DNA from: Acetobacteraceae bacterium
Lineage (GTDB): Bacteria > Pseudomonadota > Alphaproteobacteria > Acetobacterales > Acetobacteraceae
DNA length: 64,000 nt
Direction: 5' to 3'
Assembly: GCA_030041255.1 (NCBI GenBank)
Contig: JASHOF010000131.1
Coordinates: forward strand, 2,998 to 66,997
In this document: one piece after another, positions 55,320 through 64,000 of the stretch
Layout: the number at the start of each line of letters is the position of its first letter
How positions within the stretch are numbered: the first letter of the stretch is position 1
Made by a program: the position numbers and the translations under genes
The notes under the pieces: model-generated
Told to the model about the DNA's origin: nothing
The model's database searches: none
What the model saw: the letters and a program-made list of their open reading frames with translations, nothing else

Positions 55320-55652
55320 CAGAGAATCATCTGGCACCGGATGTCCTCGCTCTTTTCTTCGCAGACCTTTTTGCAAACACTGCTTCCGGCCAGGCCGACG
55401 CTGCCAGCAGCGGCCATGGTTGCAAGCGCCGGCAGACCTTCAGCCCAGGAATATGCGAGCCATCGCACTCCCCTGGCCAGCACTTGGCTTTCGGCACCGG
55501 CGTTTGCAACCTCGGCAAGGCTGGCATTCCGCAAGCACGTGGCGCCGTCCTTGCTCATCAGCAGATGTCGAGGCCGGTTCGTGCCGATATCCCACACGCG
55601 TCTCCGGGCTCCCTTGGGATCGATTCGCGATACCAGCCGGGCACGGCCAGAT

Positions 55653-57098
55653 CTAGCTCACCTTTTGACCGGAGAGCTCGGCCCCTGCATCCGTTCCGAG
55701 CTGCATCGAGACCGGCACCGAGATCATTGCCACTCCGGCCACGGCGAGGAACGCGAAGCTGTAATCGCTGAGGCTGGGCGCCGCATGCCCGAACAGCTTG
55801 GAGAATGTCTCGAGCGCTGCTGCCCCCGCCGCCACGCCGGCTGTCAACGAAAGCTGCTGGGCGGTGCTGTAGAGGCTGGTTGCTACACTCAGCTTCGGAG
55901 GAGGTATGTCGGCGAACGCGATCGCGTTGAACGCCGTGAATTGCAGCGAACGAAAGAATCCGCCCATCAGCAGCACGCCATAAATCGCGGCGAGAGGCCA
56001 TGCCGGGCGGAAGCCGGCCATCAGCGCGATCGTGATCACCGAGATCGTGCCGTTGGAGATCAGCGTCGCACGAAAGCCGAACATCTTCAGCGCATATTGC
56101 GCGGCAGGCTTCATCACCAGCGCGCCGGCCGAACTCGCGAAGGTGATCATCCCGCTCTCGGCCGCGCTTTGCCCGAACCCCACCTGCAGGAGAAGTGGCA
56201 AGAGGAACGGCACCGCACCGATGCCGACACGAAAAAGACTCGCCGCCGCGACCGAAAGCCCGAAGGTCGGAATCCGCAACAGGCCGAGATCGAGGAGCGG
56301 ATACTCCCGCGCCCGGGCATGAAACCAATAGGCAAAAGCGGCTCCTGCCCCGCCAAGAAGCAGGCCGGCGGTTTCCGGCCATGGCAGTACGCCGCGGCTC
56401 GCCGCCTCCAACCCCGACAAGAGAGAAACCAGGGAAGCGGCCGTCAGGCAAAGACCCTCCCAGTCGAAGGGCTTTGTATCTCCACCCCCTGTCTCCTCGA
56501 TATAAAGGGTGACCAGCACCACGCCGAGAAGGCCGATTGGCACGTTGATGTCGAAAATCCAGTGCCAGGAGACGTAGGTCACGATGAAACCCCCGACCGG
56601 CGGGCCGAGTACCGGCCCCAGGAGCGCGGGAATACTGAGCCATGCCATCGCCGCCACCAGCTCGGACTTCGCCACCGACCTCAGCAATACCAAACGCCCG
56701 ACCGGCACCATCATTGCCCCGCCGACACCCTGGAGGATGCGTGCAGCGACCAGGAACCAGAGGCTTCCTGCACGCCCGCAGAGAACGGATCCGGCGGTGA
56801 ACACGATGATTGCCGCGCGGAAGACGCTGCGGCTGCCGAAGCGGTCGGCCACCCAGCCGCTGGCCGGAATGAACACGCTGAGGCTCAGCATGTACGAAGT
56901 GAGCGCCACGCTCATATGCACCGGATCGGCATGGAAGGCGTGCGCCATTGCCGGCAGGGCCGTCGCCACGACCGTCGAATCGAGGTTCTGCATGAAGAGC
57001 GCGCAGGCGACGATCAGTGCCGTGACGCGCGCCCGCCGCGACATCGTGGGCCGCTCCGGAAGGGCCCGCGGCGGGAGGAGTCGCAATCGCGCAGACAT
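55653..57098 (-). CDS. MFS transporter, DHA2 (14-TMS, EmrB/QacA-like) family
   Basis: ORF 55653..57098. It reads FMQNLDSTVVATALP, GWVADRFG.R and LQGVGGAMMVPVG. An alternative start at ATG 57044 (MSRRARVTAL) is at least as plausible. Confidence 0.85.
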   Translation of the reverse strand: MSARLRLLPPRALPERPTMSRRARVTALIVACALFMQNLDSTVVATALPAMAHAFHADPVHMSVALTSYMLSLSVFIPASGWVADRFGSRSVFRAAIIVFTAGSVLCGRAGSLWFLVAARILQGVGGAMMVPVGRLVLLRSVAKSELVAAMAWLSIPALLGPVLGPPVGGFIVTYVSWHWIFDINVPIGLLGVVLVTLYIEETGGGDTKPFDWEGLCLTAASLVSLLSGLEAASRGVLPWPETAGLLLGGAGAAFAYWFHARAREYPLLDLGLLRIPTFGLSVAAASLFRVGIGAVPFLLPLLLQVGFGQSAAESGMITFASSAGALVMKPAAQYALKMFGFRATLISNGTISVITIALMAGFRPAWPLAAIYGVLLMGGFFRSLQFTAFNAIAFADIPPPKLSVATSLYSTAQQLSLTAGVAAGAAALETFSKLFGHAAPSLSDYSFAFLAVAGVAMISVPVSMQLGTDAGAELSGQKVS

Positions 57099-57233
57099 CT
57101 TTAAATGATCGCCCCTGCGCCGGCGCCGCGGAACCCCTCCTCACTGCAATGCGCCCCTGCGCGTTCGCACCTCAGCGTGACAATCTGTTACGCCGCCTCC
57201 CCGCCCTGCTGCACAGAGACGTGCCGGGACACG

Positions 57234-58208
57234 TTACGGGATGAGAACCGTGCTGCCGGTGGTCTGGCGCGCCTCGAGCGCGCTATGTGCGGCCGCTGCC
57301 TCGGCCAGCGGGAAAGTCTGGTTCACTCGGATCTTCACCACTCCGCTCCCTACCACAGAAAAAAGCTCGTCCGCCATGTGTTCCAAATCCGCGCGCTTCG
57401 CTGCGTAAGTGGCAAGTGTCGGCCGGGTCAGGTAGAGGCTTCCCTTGGCCGACAGAATCGAGATATCCACGGGCGGTACTGGCCCCGAGGCGTTGCCAAA
57501 GCTCACCATCATGCCGAGCGGTGCCAAACAATTGAGGCTGGCCATGAAGGTGTCCTTGCCAACGCTGTCATAAACGGCGGGTACCATCGCCCCGTCCGTA
57601 ATTTTCTTCACCTCGGCGGCAAGGTCGGGATGTCCGATCAGTGCATGGTCCGCGCCGTTGGCCTTCGCCAGCGCTGCCTTCTCGGGTGTGGAAACCACTC
57701 CGATCACCCGCGCGCCGAGATGCTTCGCCCACTGGCACATGATCAGGCCGACTCCGCCGGCCGCCGCATGCACGAGAATCGTATCGCCGCGTTTCACCGC
57801 ATAGGTCCGGCGCAACAGGTATTGTGCCGTCATTCCGGCCAGCATCATCGCCGCCGCTGTCTCGAACCCAATGGACGCCGGCAGCTTGAGGAGCCGGTCC
57901 GCGGCGATTACCCGCTCGGTCGCGTAGGCGCCCATCGCGCCGGTGCCGTAGGCCACCCGATCGCCGGGGGCCAGGCCGCTTACCCCGGGCCCCACCGCGA
58001 GCACTGTGCCGGCTCCTTCCATCCCTGGTGTGAATGGCAGGTTCGATGCCTTGTAGAGACCGGAGCGAAAATAGACATCGACGAAGTTGAGCCCGACCGC
58101 CGCATGCCGCACCAGCGCCTCACCGGGGCTTGGCTCCGGGGTCGGCACCTCCTCCCACTGCAATACTTCCGGCCCCCCGGTGCGGTGGATTCGGATCGCT
58201 TTCGTCAT
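57234..58208 (-). CDS. qor: NADPH:quinone oxidoreductase (zeta-crystallin/MDR family)
   Basis: ORF 57234..58208. It reads GLNFVDVY.RSG.Y and has the Rossmann motif HAAAGGVG. Confidence 0.85.
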   Translation of the reverse strand: MTKAIRIHRTGGPEVLQWEEVPTPEPSPGEALVRHAAVGLNFVDVYFRSGLYKASNLPFTPGMEGAGTVLAVGPGVSGLAPGDRVAYGTGAMGAYATERVIAADRLLKLPASIGFETAAAMMLAGMTAQYLLRRTYAVKRGDTILVHAAAGGVGLIMCQWAKHLGARVIGVVSTPEKAALAKANGADHALIGHPDLAAEVKKITDGAMVPAVYDSVGKDTFMASLNCLAPLGMMVSFGNASGPVPPVDISILSAKGSLYLTRPTLATYAAKRADLEHMADELFSVVGSGVVKIRVNQTFPLAEAAAAHSALEARQTTGSTVLIP

Positions 58209-58738
58209 GCCAATGCCTCCTTTTTTCTGCCCCTATCCACCTGCCAGCCGCAGTTTGCGAAGAGATCACCCGCATGTGGACTGCCTTCGAGCACCAGCAG
58301 TGCCTGCTTGCTCGCAATTCCGCCTGGCGCCGAGAAGCCGCCGAGCCCGGCCGCGGCGACGACCCGATGGCACGGTATGATGATGGGGATCGGATTCCGC
58401 CCAACGGCCCGCCCGACCGCCTGCGGGGAGCCTCCTGAAAGGCGTGCGATCTCGCCGTAAGACCGTGTCTGGCCCCACGGAATCGCGCACAGCACCTCCC
58501 ACACGCGGCGGTCGAATGCTGTTCCGGCCGGCTTGAGCGGCAAGTCGAACACTACCCGCTCACCGGCAAAATATCGTTGGAGCAGCAGGCCCGCGCGGTG
58601 CAGCAGCGCGGTTTGCCGCCAGACCCCGGCGATTCCCCAGAGGAGCGCCGTAATCGCGCCCGCTTCCTCGGCTAGAGTCATTGGGCCGAGCGGGGTCGTT
58701 AGAGTGAGCGCCAAGTCGGGTTTGTGCGCCGCCGTCAC
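58205..58738 (-). CDS. ogt: methylated-DNA--protein-cysteine methyltransferase
   Basis: ORF 58205..58798, with active site IPCHRVV and TPLGP near the N-terminus. The start was set at GTG 58736-58738 to avoid overlap with the upstream gene and is uncertain. The stop overlaps the qor start (ATGA). Confidence 0.8.
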   Translation of the reverse strand: MTAAHKPDLALTLTTPLGPMTLAEEAGAITALLWGIAGVWRQTALLHRAGLLLQRYFAGERVVFDLPLKPAGTAFDRRVWEVLCAIPWGQTRSYGEIARLSGGSPQAVGRAVGRNPIPIIIPCHRVVAAAGLGGFSAPGGIASKQALLVLEGSPHAGDLFANCGWQVDRGRKKEALA

Positions 58739-58772
58739 GGGGCGAGGATGCGAGACCGGTCCGGACCGCCTG

Positions 58773-60779
58773 TCAAGTGCGGTGCAGCATAGCGGCAAGC
58801 GCTGCCGGATCGATCAGAGGCAGGCTGCACACCCCGGCTCGGCACACAATGGCGCCGAGCGGCCTGCCTGCGGCTGGATGGGTGAGCGGCAGCTTCGCGG
58901 ACTCCCCAACCTCGAGTACCATCACCGCCGGATCAGGTGCTTTCCGGGCCACGGAAGCAAGGGCGGGAAAGCTACCCCCGATCACCACGCTCGCCCCTCG
59001 CATCAGCAAATCCGCCGCCCCCAGTAGCCCGGGAGATTGCACCGTTGCCCCCGCCCGCCCCATGAATGCTTCGATCAGGCGCTCGGCCTTCACCCGCCAG
59101 CCATCCTCCCCCGTCAGATGGAATAGCCGCGCATAGACCTCAGCCAGCATCCCGTTGCCGGAGGGCGCCGCATGATCCTCGGCGAGGAGCGCCCTCGCCG
59201 CGCTGCCGCAAGGAAGATCAAGCGCATCATTGGCGACTCCGAAGAAGGCGCCATCGGGGCCTTCGAAATGTGCTTCCGAGGCCGCTACGATTCGCAGTGC
59301 CGTTTCCAGGCGCCGCGGATCGCCCGTCGCCTCGTAGAGCGCGAGAGCCGCACGTGCCATCGCCGCCTGATCCTCCAGCAGTCCGGCGGCAGAAACACGC
59401 CCTCTTCGCCAGGCATGCGCAACCCTTCCGTCTGCTTGCCCCATCTCCTCAAGCACGAAGTCGAACACATCGGCGGCAAGCGACAGCCAGTGCAGCTCAT
59501 CGAAAGCGTGCGCTGCCCGTGCCAATGCTGCTACGGCAAGTCCGTTCCAGTCCGCCAGGACCTTGTCGTCCCGCCCAGGCGCCACACGCAGCGCCCGGGC
59601 GGAAAAGAGCTTCGCCCTTGCCTCGGCAAGCCTGGCCTCAAACGCCGGGTCACCAATCGGTAGCACCCGATGCAGGATGGTCCGCCCCTCCCAGTTGCCC
59701 GCCTGCTTCACGTCATAGGCGGCGCCGAACTCCTCCGCTGCGGGCCCAAGCAGGGCCGCGATTTCGCCTGCATCCCAGACATAGAATTTTCCCTCTTCCC
59801 CTTCGCTGTCTGCATCCTGCGAGGCGGCGAATGCAAAGTTCCTTCCCTCTCCAGTCCGCATCTCCCGCTCGAGCCAGCCGACCGTTTCTCTGGCGCGGGC
59901 AGCGAACAGCAGATCGGGAGATCCGGCCTCAGCCAGCGCGAGCAGTTCGAGAATCTGCGCATTGTCGTAGAGCATCTTCTCAAAGTGCGGCACCAGCCAG
60001 TCTCTATCCGTTGCGTAGCGCGCGTAGCCACCGCCAAGGTGGTCGTAGATCCCGCCCATGCTCATCCGGCGAAGCAGCAATCTGACGGCCGCACGCTGTT
60101 CGGCCCGTCTGGAACGGAAGGAATCCTGCCAGAGGAACCGCATGAGTGGCGCGTTGGGAAATTTCGGTGCGCCGCGAAACCCGCCCTGCTCGGTATCCTG
60201 CGCCGCCATCAGCGAGGCCGCTACCTCGCCAAGCTGCTCATCCCCCGGCAGCCGGCCAGGCTGCGTTGTGCCGAGCGCAGCGAGGTGCGCCGTTAGCTGC
60301 TTCGCGTTGGAGGTGATCTTCGCAGGCTCACGATGCCAGGCGTCGGCGATCGCCGTCAGCACCTGGCGGAACGAGGGTTTACCCCAGCGCGGCTCGGGCG
60401 GGAAATAGGTCCCACCCCAGAAAGGTGCACCCTCCGGTGTGAGGAATATCGTCAGCGGCCAGCCACCCTGCTCGCCCATCGCGTGGAGGGCGCTCATATA
60501 GAATTGGTCGACGTCCGGTCGCTCCTCCCGGTCCACCTTGATGTTGATGTAGAGCCGGTTCATCTCTTCCGCCGTCACCGGATCTTCGAAGGATTCGTGC
60601 GCCATTACATGGCACCAATGACAGGCAGCATAGCCGATCGAGAGCAGGATCGGCTTCCCTGCATTTTTGGCCTCGACGAGCGCCTGTGCACCCCATTGCC
60701 GCCAATGCACCGGGTTGTCCGCGTGCTGGAGCAGATAGGGCGAGGAGGCTTCCTTCAGGAGGTTCCGGTCATGCGCCAT
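58773..60779 (-). CDS. thioredoxin-domain protein of the DUF255/YyaL family (with six-hairpin glycosidase-like domain)
   Basis: ORF 58773..60779. It reads SPYLLQHADNPVHW..WG, GYAACHWCHVMAHESF and IKVDREERPD. Confidence 0.85.
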   Translation of the reverse strand: MAHDRNLLKEASSPYLLQHADNPVHWRQWGAQALVEAKNAGKPILLSIGYAACHWCHVMAHESFEDPVTAEEMNRLYINIKVDREERPDVDQFYMSALHAMGEQGGWPLTIFLTPEGAPFWGGTYFPPEPRWGKPSFRQVLTAIADAWHREPAKITSNAKQLTAHLAALGTTQPGRLPGDEQLGEVAASLMAAQDTEQGGFRGAPKFPNAPLMRFLWQDSFRSRRAEQRAAVRLLLRRMSMGGIYDHLGGGYARYATDRDWLVPHFEKMLYDNAQILELLALAEAGSPDLLFAARARETVGWLEREMRTGEGRNFAFAASQDADSEGEEGKFYVWDAGEIAALLGPAAEEFGAAYDVKQAGNWEGRTILHRVLPIGDPAFEARLAEARAKLFSARALRVAPGRDDKVLADWNGLAVAALARAAHAFDELHWLSLAADVFDFVLEEMGQADGRVAHAWRRGRVSAAGLLEDQAAMARAALALYEATGDPRRLETALRIVAASEAHFEGPDGAFFGVANDALDLPCGSAARALLAEDHAAPSGNGMLAEVYARLFHLTGEDGWRVKAERLIEAFMGRAGATVQSPGLLGAADLLMRGASVVIGGSFPALASVARKAPDPAVMVLEVGESAKLPLTHPAAGRPLGAIVCRAGVCSLPLIDPAALAAMLHRT

Positions 60780-60907
60780 GATGTATTGCTTCCGTTTCCC
60801 TCACCCTGCTCGAACCTGTCCACTGGACGCCGTCCATTCCGCGCCGTCATTGTCAATCGAATGATTCATAACTCCCTGGTCATCGACGATCACGCATCAT
60901 CATCGAG

Positions 60908-61201
60908 TCATCGCTTGACGAAGGACATGACTGCCGTGATGCCTTTCATAATACGCTCGGGCTGGGGCTGACGAGTAACCTCGGAATGGCTGCGCCGCGA
61001 CAGCGAACAGACCGTGCGGAGGCTGACCCCAGGCAGGGCGTTTCCCGGCCGGGTGTCGCCGCTTCTCACAGCGCGCTCGATCGCTTTCCTCGTTCCCCGA
61101 CGCGTCCGCATCCGCCTGAATACGGTGGGGTAAAACCCCCTGGCCTCGGCGCGACGAATCATCTCATCGATGAGGGTCTCCGGGTCATTTACGTTCGCCA
61201 T
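60908..61201 (-). CDS. hypothetical small protein (97 aa), possibly a gene fragment
   Basis: ORF 60908..61234, with the start at MANVNDPETLIDEMIRRAEARGFYP. Third-position G+C is moderate on a hand count. No family was recognised. It sits in a lower-GC patch. Confidence 0.3.
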   Translation of the reverse strand: MANVNDPETLIDEMIRRAEARGFYPTVFRRMRTRRGTRKAIERAVRSGDTRPGNALPGVSLRTVCSLSRRSHSEVTRQPQPERIMKGITAVMSFVKR

Positions 61202-61368
61202 TGCCACCCCCAGCGGTTTTGCCGAAAGTCGCAAGGGACTGCATACAGAGGCCAGTCAACCAGTCAGCAGCAAACGACTGCATGCTGGAGCACTTTCGGG
61301 TCGTGTCACTCCTTGCATATTGCCCGTGTCCTGCCTAGAACGGCTTGGTGTCGCTACAAGGAATCGCA

Positions 61369-61710
61369 ATGGGTGATCGCCAGGCGTCCGATTCGCCACT
61401 CTACTACGACTCGCACGTCTTCGTGTGCTGCAACCGCCGTCCCGACGGCCATCCGCGCGGCTCCTGCGCGGCCAAGGGCTCGGAAAAGCTTCGCGCCTAT
61501 ATGAAGGCGCGTGCGAAGGAGCTCGGCCTCCCTGCCACGCGTATCAACGCGTCGCTCTGCCTCGATCGTTGCGAACTTGGCCCGTGCGTCGTTATCTATC
61601 CGGAAGGAGTTTGGTACCGGATCTCGAACACCGTCGAGGCCGACGCCGTGCTCGAGCGCCACGTCCGCGACGGCGATCGCGTACCGGGCCTGATGCTTCC
61701 TGCGCCGTGA
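61369..61710 (+). CDS. thioredoxin-like [2Fe-2S] ferredoxin
   Basis: ORF 61345..61710, with the start at MGDRQ and an AAGGAA SD. The Cys pattern is HVFVCCNRRPDGHPRGSC...CLDRCELGPCVVIYPEGVWY. Confidence 0.8.
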   Translation: MGDRQASDSPLYYDSHVFVCCNRRPDGHPRGSCAAKGSEKLRAYMKARAKELGLPATRINASLCLDRCELGPCVVIYPEGVWYRISNTVEADAVLERHVRDGDRVPGLMLPAP

Positions 61711-61999
61711 AACACCGCCTGAGGCCGGCGGCCCTTGGTCACGGCCGAACTGCAACTTCACGCCGCGGGCCACCTGTGTATGCACGTTGTCCTTCGTCGC
61801 GAAGCCACTGCCGCGCGCTGTGGACACGCTCGCCAACTCCTTGGCGAAGGCGCGTTTCCGCACACCGGCACCTGGATTCGGGGATGGTAGATAGAGCTGG
61901 TCCAGGGTGGCGAGGTCCTCCGGTAGCCAGGGCAGGACTTCAAAGATCACGTAATACGTGTTGGTCTGCGTGAAATACGGGGGGTGACCGCTTGCCGCC

Positions 62000-62578
62000 T
62001 TACCCAGGCACGATCCCGAGAGCCGCCCGGAAACGTTGCTTGAGGAAGGCGCCGTCTCTGGGTGGAAGGAAGCGGTGCGGCTCGGTCGGGGCAATCTTGA
62101 TGACAGCAAACAGCGGCTCGGAACGCAGGCGTAAGCGGAGCATCCCGAGCTCGCCCTCCGCGGTGACGGCCACGGTGGAGCGCCAACCGCAGGCAGCAGC
62201 AGCAGCGGCCAGATCGGTACCGAGGGACGTGTGGCTCGGTTGCGCGCCCGTTTCGCCGTAACGGCCGTTGTCGAGCACGGCTATTGCCAGATTCGGCGGC
62301 GCCGCCGCAGCAATGGTGGCTAGCGCCCCAAGCCCCATCAGCGCCTCTCCGTCACCGGTCACAACCAGAACGCGCTGCGCCGGCTGCGCGAGCGCGAGCC
62401 CGAGTCCGATCATCGCCGCCGCTCCCATCGCCCCCCATAGATAGAAATTGAGCGCCCGATCGCCCACTGCCCCGGCATCGTACGTCGTGGAGCCGAGACC
62501 GGTGACTACCAGCAGGTCCCCGGGATCGCGAAGCAACACCGCCATCACCGCGCGCCGATCGAGCGTTGACTCTGCCAT
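62000..62578 (-). CDS. thiamine-pyrophosphate-binding protein, beta-subunit type (sulfopyruvate/phosphonopyruvate decarboxylase-like C-terminal TPP domain only)
   Basis: ORF 62000..62677, with the start at MAESTLDRR. TPP motif: VTGDGEALMGLGALATI....NL.I.VLDNG.YGETG. Confidence 0.7.
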   Translation of the reverse strand: MAESTLDRRAVMAVLLRDPGDLLVVTGLGSTTYDAGAVGDRALNFYLWGAMGAAAMIGLGLALAQPAQRVLVVTGDGEALMGLGALATIAAAAPPNLAIAVLDNGRYGETGAQPSHTSLGTDLAAAAAACGWRSTVAVTAEGELGMLRLRLRSEPLFAVIKIAPTEPHRFLPPRDGAFLKQRFRAALGIVPG

Positions 62579-62842
62579 TCCGTTGCTCCCGTCAGCCCTG
62601 CCGGCTGGCAGGGTTGCGTTGTCAGGCGTCTCGCGTACAATCCTGCAGCCCGCCGAGAAAATGAGCAAGCTACGCATGTCGTGTACCCAACGGCCGCCTC
62701 CGGGCGTGCATGCGTGGACCCGTGGGGAAGTATGCAGTCCTACGTATTGGGCGGACTAGACCTGCGTCGGACTGACTGTGCAGCCCGACACAGGTCTTGC
62801 GGTTTATGCGAGCCTCCGCAACCACTTTCTGCATAAATCAAT

Positions 62843-62872
62843 CACCGTCCCGATCTGACGATCGGGGCGGTG
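62843..62872 (-). terminator. rho-independent terminator candidate downstream of the MmyB-like regulator gene
   Basis: CACCGTCCCGATC-TGAC-GATCGGGGCGGTG forms a 13-bp stem with one G:U pair. On the minus strand it is followed by ATTGATTTATG. Confidence 0.55.
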
Positions 62873-62919
62873 CTGGTATTGTAGCCGTTCAAGGGGCACA
62901 TCGGACTTGCCGACTAGGC

Positions 62920-63786
62920 TCAGTCAAGGCCTGGAATCCGACGGGTTCGCACTCGCCCACCCTGAAGACTTGAGGCCGACCATCCAGACGTTTTCATTGA
63001 AGCCCAGGTCCGAAATAGGTCGCGCGTCTCGTCATCCATCGGAAAGAAACTCTCGACACGCAGCTCTTGCAGGGTGATGTCCTGCGGTGTTCCGAGTGTT
63101 GCTATCGTTGTGAACAGTCGCAAGATGGTCTCGCCCTTCTGAAAGTGCATCGGTAGCACCGGGCCTTCCGTCGCGAGCGGCACCGTGGGCGATATTGCCG
63201 CTCGTACTCCGTCGTAACCCAAGAGCCGTTCCAGCAAGCCGGCCGTCTCGGTCGTGCCGTCAGCTGCCGCATCAGCCTCCACACTTCGCAGGAAATATCG
63301 AACGACGTCGATCCAATTTGTGAGGTGCGGCCTCAGGATGTCGGGCGCAACCAGGGCGTCCGCAAGGTTGAGCGCGGCCCCCGGTTTTATGGGGCCGACC
63401 AGAAACTCAACCAGTGCAACCGCTCCCTTGTTGGCCTGAAGCAGATTCCAGCGGCGGTCGACGACCACAGCAGGAAACGGCTCCTGCTGCGTCAGCATGT
63501 AGTCGAGGGCACTCCGAATAGGAGCAAGTATTTGCGCCCCGAGGTCGGTTTCAGCCCATACGGGCGCATATCCCGCGGCAAGCAGCAACTCATTCGAATG
63601 CCGCAGCGGCACGTCAAGTGCCGTGGAAAGACGGAGAACCATTTCTCGACTCGGTTTCGTACGCCCGAGTTCAAGAAAGCTGACATGACGCTGGGAACAG
63701 CCTGCCGCCAGCGCGAGCTGAAGTTGCGAGAGACCGCGCCGCTTTCGCCACCAAACGAGACGGGAGGGAAAGGTCGTGGGCTTCAT
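62920..63786 (-). CDS. XRE-family HTH transcriptional regulator with MmyB-like ligand-binding domain
   Basis: ORF 62920..63903, with the start taken at MKPTTFPSRL (ATG 63784-63786). It reads WRKRRGLSQLQLALAAGCSQRHVSFLELGRTKPSREMVLRLSTALDVPLR..NELLLAAGYAP. Confidence 0.8.
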   Translation of the reverse strand: MKPTTFPSRLVWWRKRRGLSQLQLALAAGCSQRHVSFLELGRTKPSREMVLRLSTALDVPLRHSNELLLAAGYAPVWAETDLGAQILAPIRSALDYMLTQQEPFPAVVVDRRWNLLQANKGAVALVEFLVGPIKPGAALNLADALVAPDILRPHLTNWIDVVRYFLRSVEADAAADGTTETAGLLERLLGYDGVRAAISPTVPLATEGPVLPMHFQKGETILRLFTTIATLGTPQDITLQELRVESFFPMDDETRDLFRTWASMKTSGWSASSLQGGRVRTRRIPGLD

Positions 63787-63901
63787 AACTACCTGACACG
63801 TAGTTGATTGACGACTTGGGCGCCGGGATAGTGCATCGGAAGGGGCGGTGACTGCAACGGCTGCCTCGGACGTGATCACTATGAGGATGGACGGGTCGTT
63901 C

Positions 63902-64000
63902 ATGAAAATCGCATTTGCCGGATCGTTTGCCGCACGGCTCGCTGAGCCTGTAAGGGAGCGTCTCTCGTTTCCATGCGACGTGCTGGTCGACGATGAGGCT
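63902..64000 (+). CDS. 5' end of an unidentified gene (possibly a 2-hydroxyacid-dehydrogenase-like protein), cut by window edge
   Basis: ATG 63902 opens MKIAFAGSFAARLAEPVRERLSFPCDVLVDDEA up to the window end. It is divergent from the MmyB-like regulator. Only 33 codons are visible. Confidence 0.3.
   Translation, partial: MKIAFAGSFAARLAEPVRERLSFPCDVLVDDEA

Noticed and set aside
54840-57104. 754-aa plus-strand ORF
   Set aside because: It runs antisense to the DUF983 and MFS transporter genes. It is extremely Arg/His/Gln-rich with no recognisable domain. This is the typical stop-codon-poor antisense frame of a high-GC genome.

Overview
High-GC (about two-thirds G+C by eye, not computed), gene-dense chromosomal segment that looks alphaproteobacterial. 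The evidence is a short kinase-only HprK next to rapZ and EIIA-Man, a ROSE-like leader on an hsp20 gene, and co-directional ruvCAB-ybgC-tolQRAB-pal-cpoB-tilS-ftsH-folP-glmM. I call about 60 protein-coding genes. I recognised no rRNA, tRNA, CRISPR array, transposase or integrase. Most of the window is core housekeeping: PTS-Ntr module, rpmE, pdxY, gloB, rimI/tsaB, yebC, the ruv/tol-pal supercluster, thiD and serCA.

Four places deserve a second look:
1. 13.4-23.5 kb is a nitrogen-catabolic island. It joins an FdrA/DUF1116/DUF2877/carbamate-kinase set (the oxamate carbamoyltransferase type) to a permease, a biuret-hydrolase-like cysteine hydrolase and an allophanate hydrolase, under a GntR regulator.
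2. 24.97-25.81 kb is a roughly 0.8 kb insert bracketed by two copies of the gloB 3' end. It carries an AT-rich patch and a 15-bp periodic repeat that is open in three frames.
3. A second FtsH paralog lies next to a 658-bp stretch I could not assign.
4. 60.8-62.9 kb is a lower-GC patchwork with an orphan TPP-binding beta-type gene and possible gene remnants.

I did not find a clear-cut, self-contained novel system such as a defence locus. The ureide-type island is the best candidate for undescribed biochemistry, and its proposed function is inference. Start codons were chosen from the ORF track by homology-style reasoning and are uncertain by a few codons in several genes.
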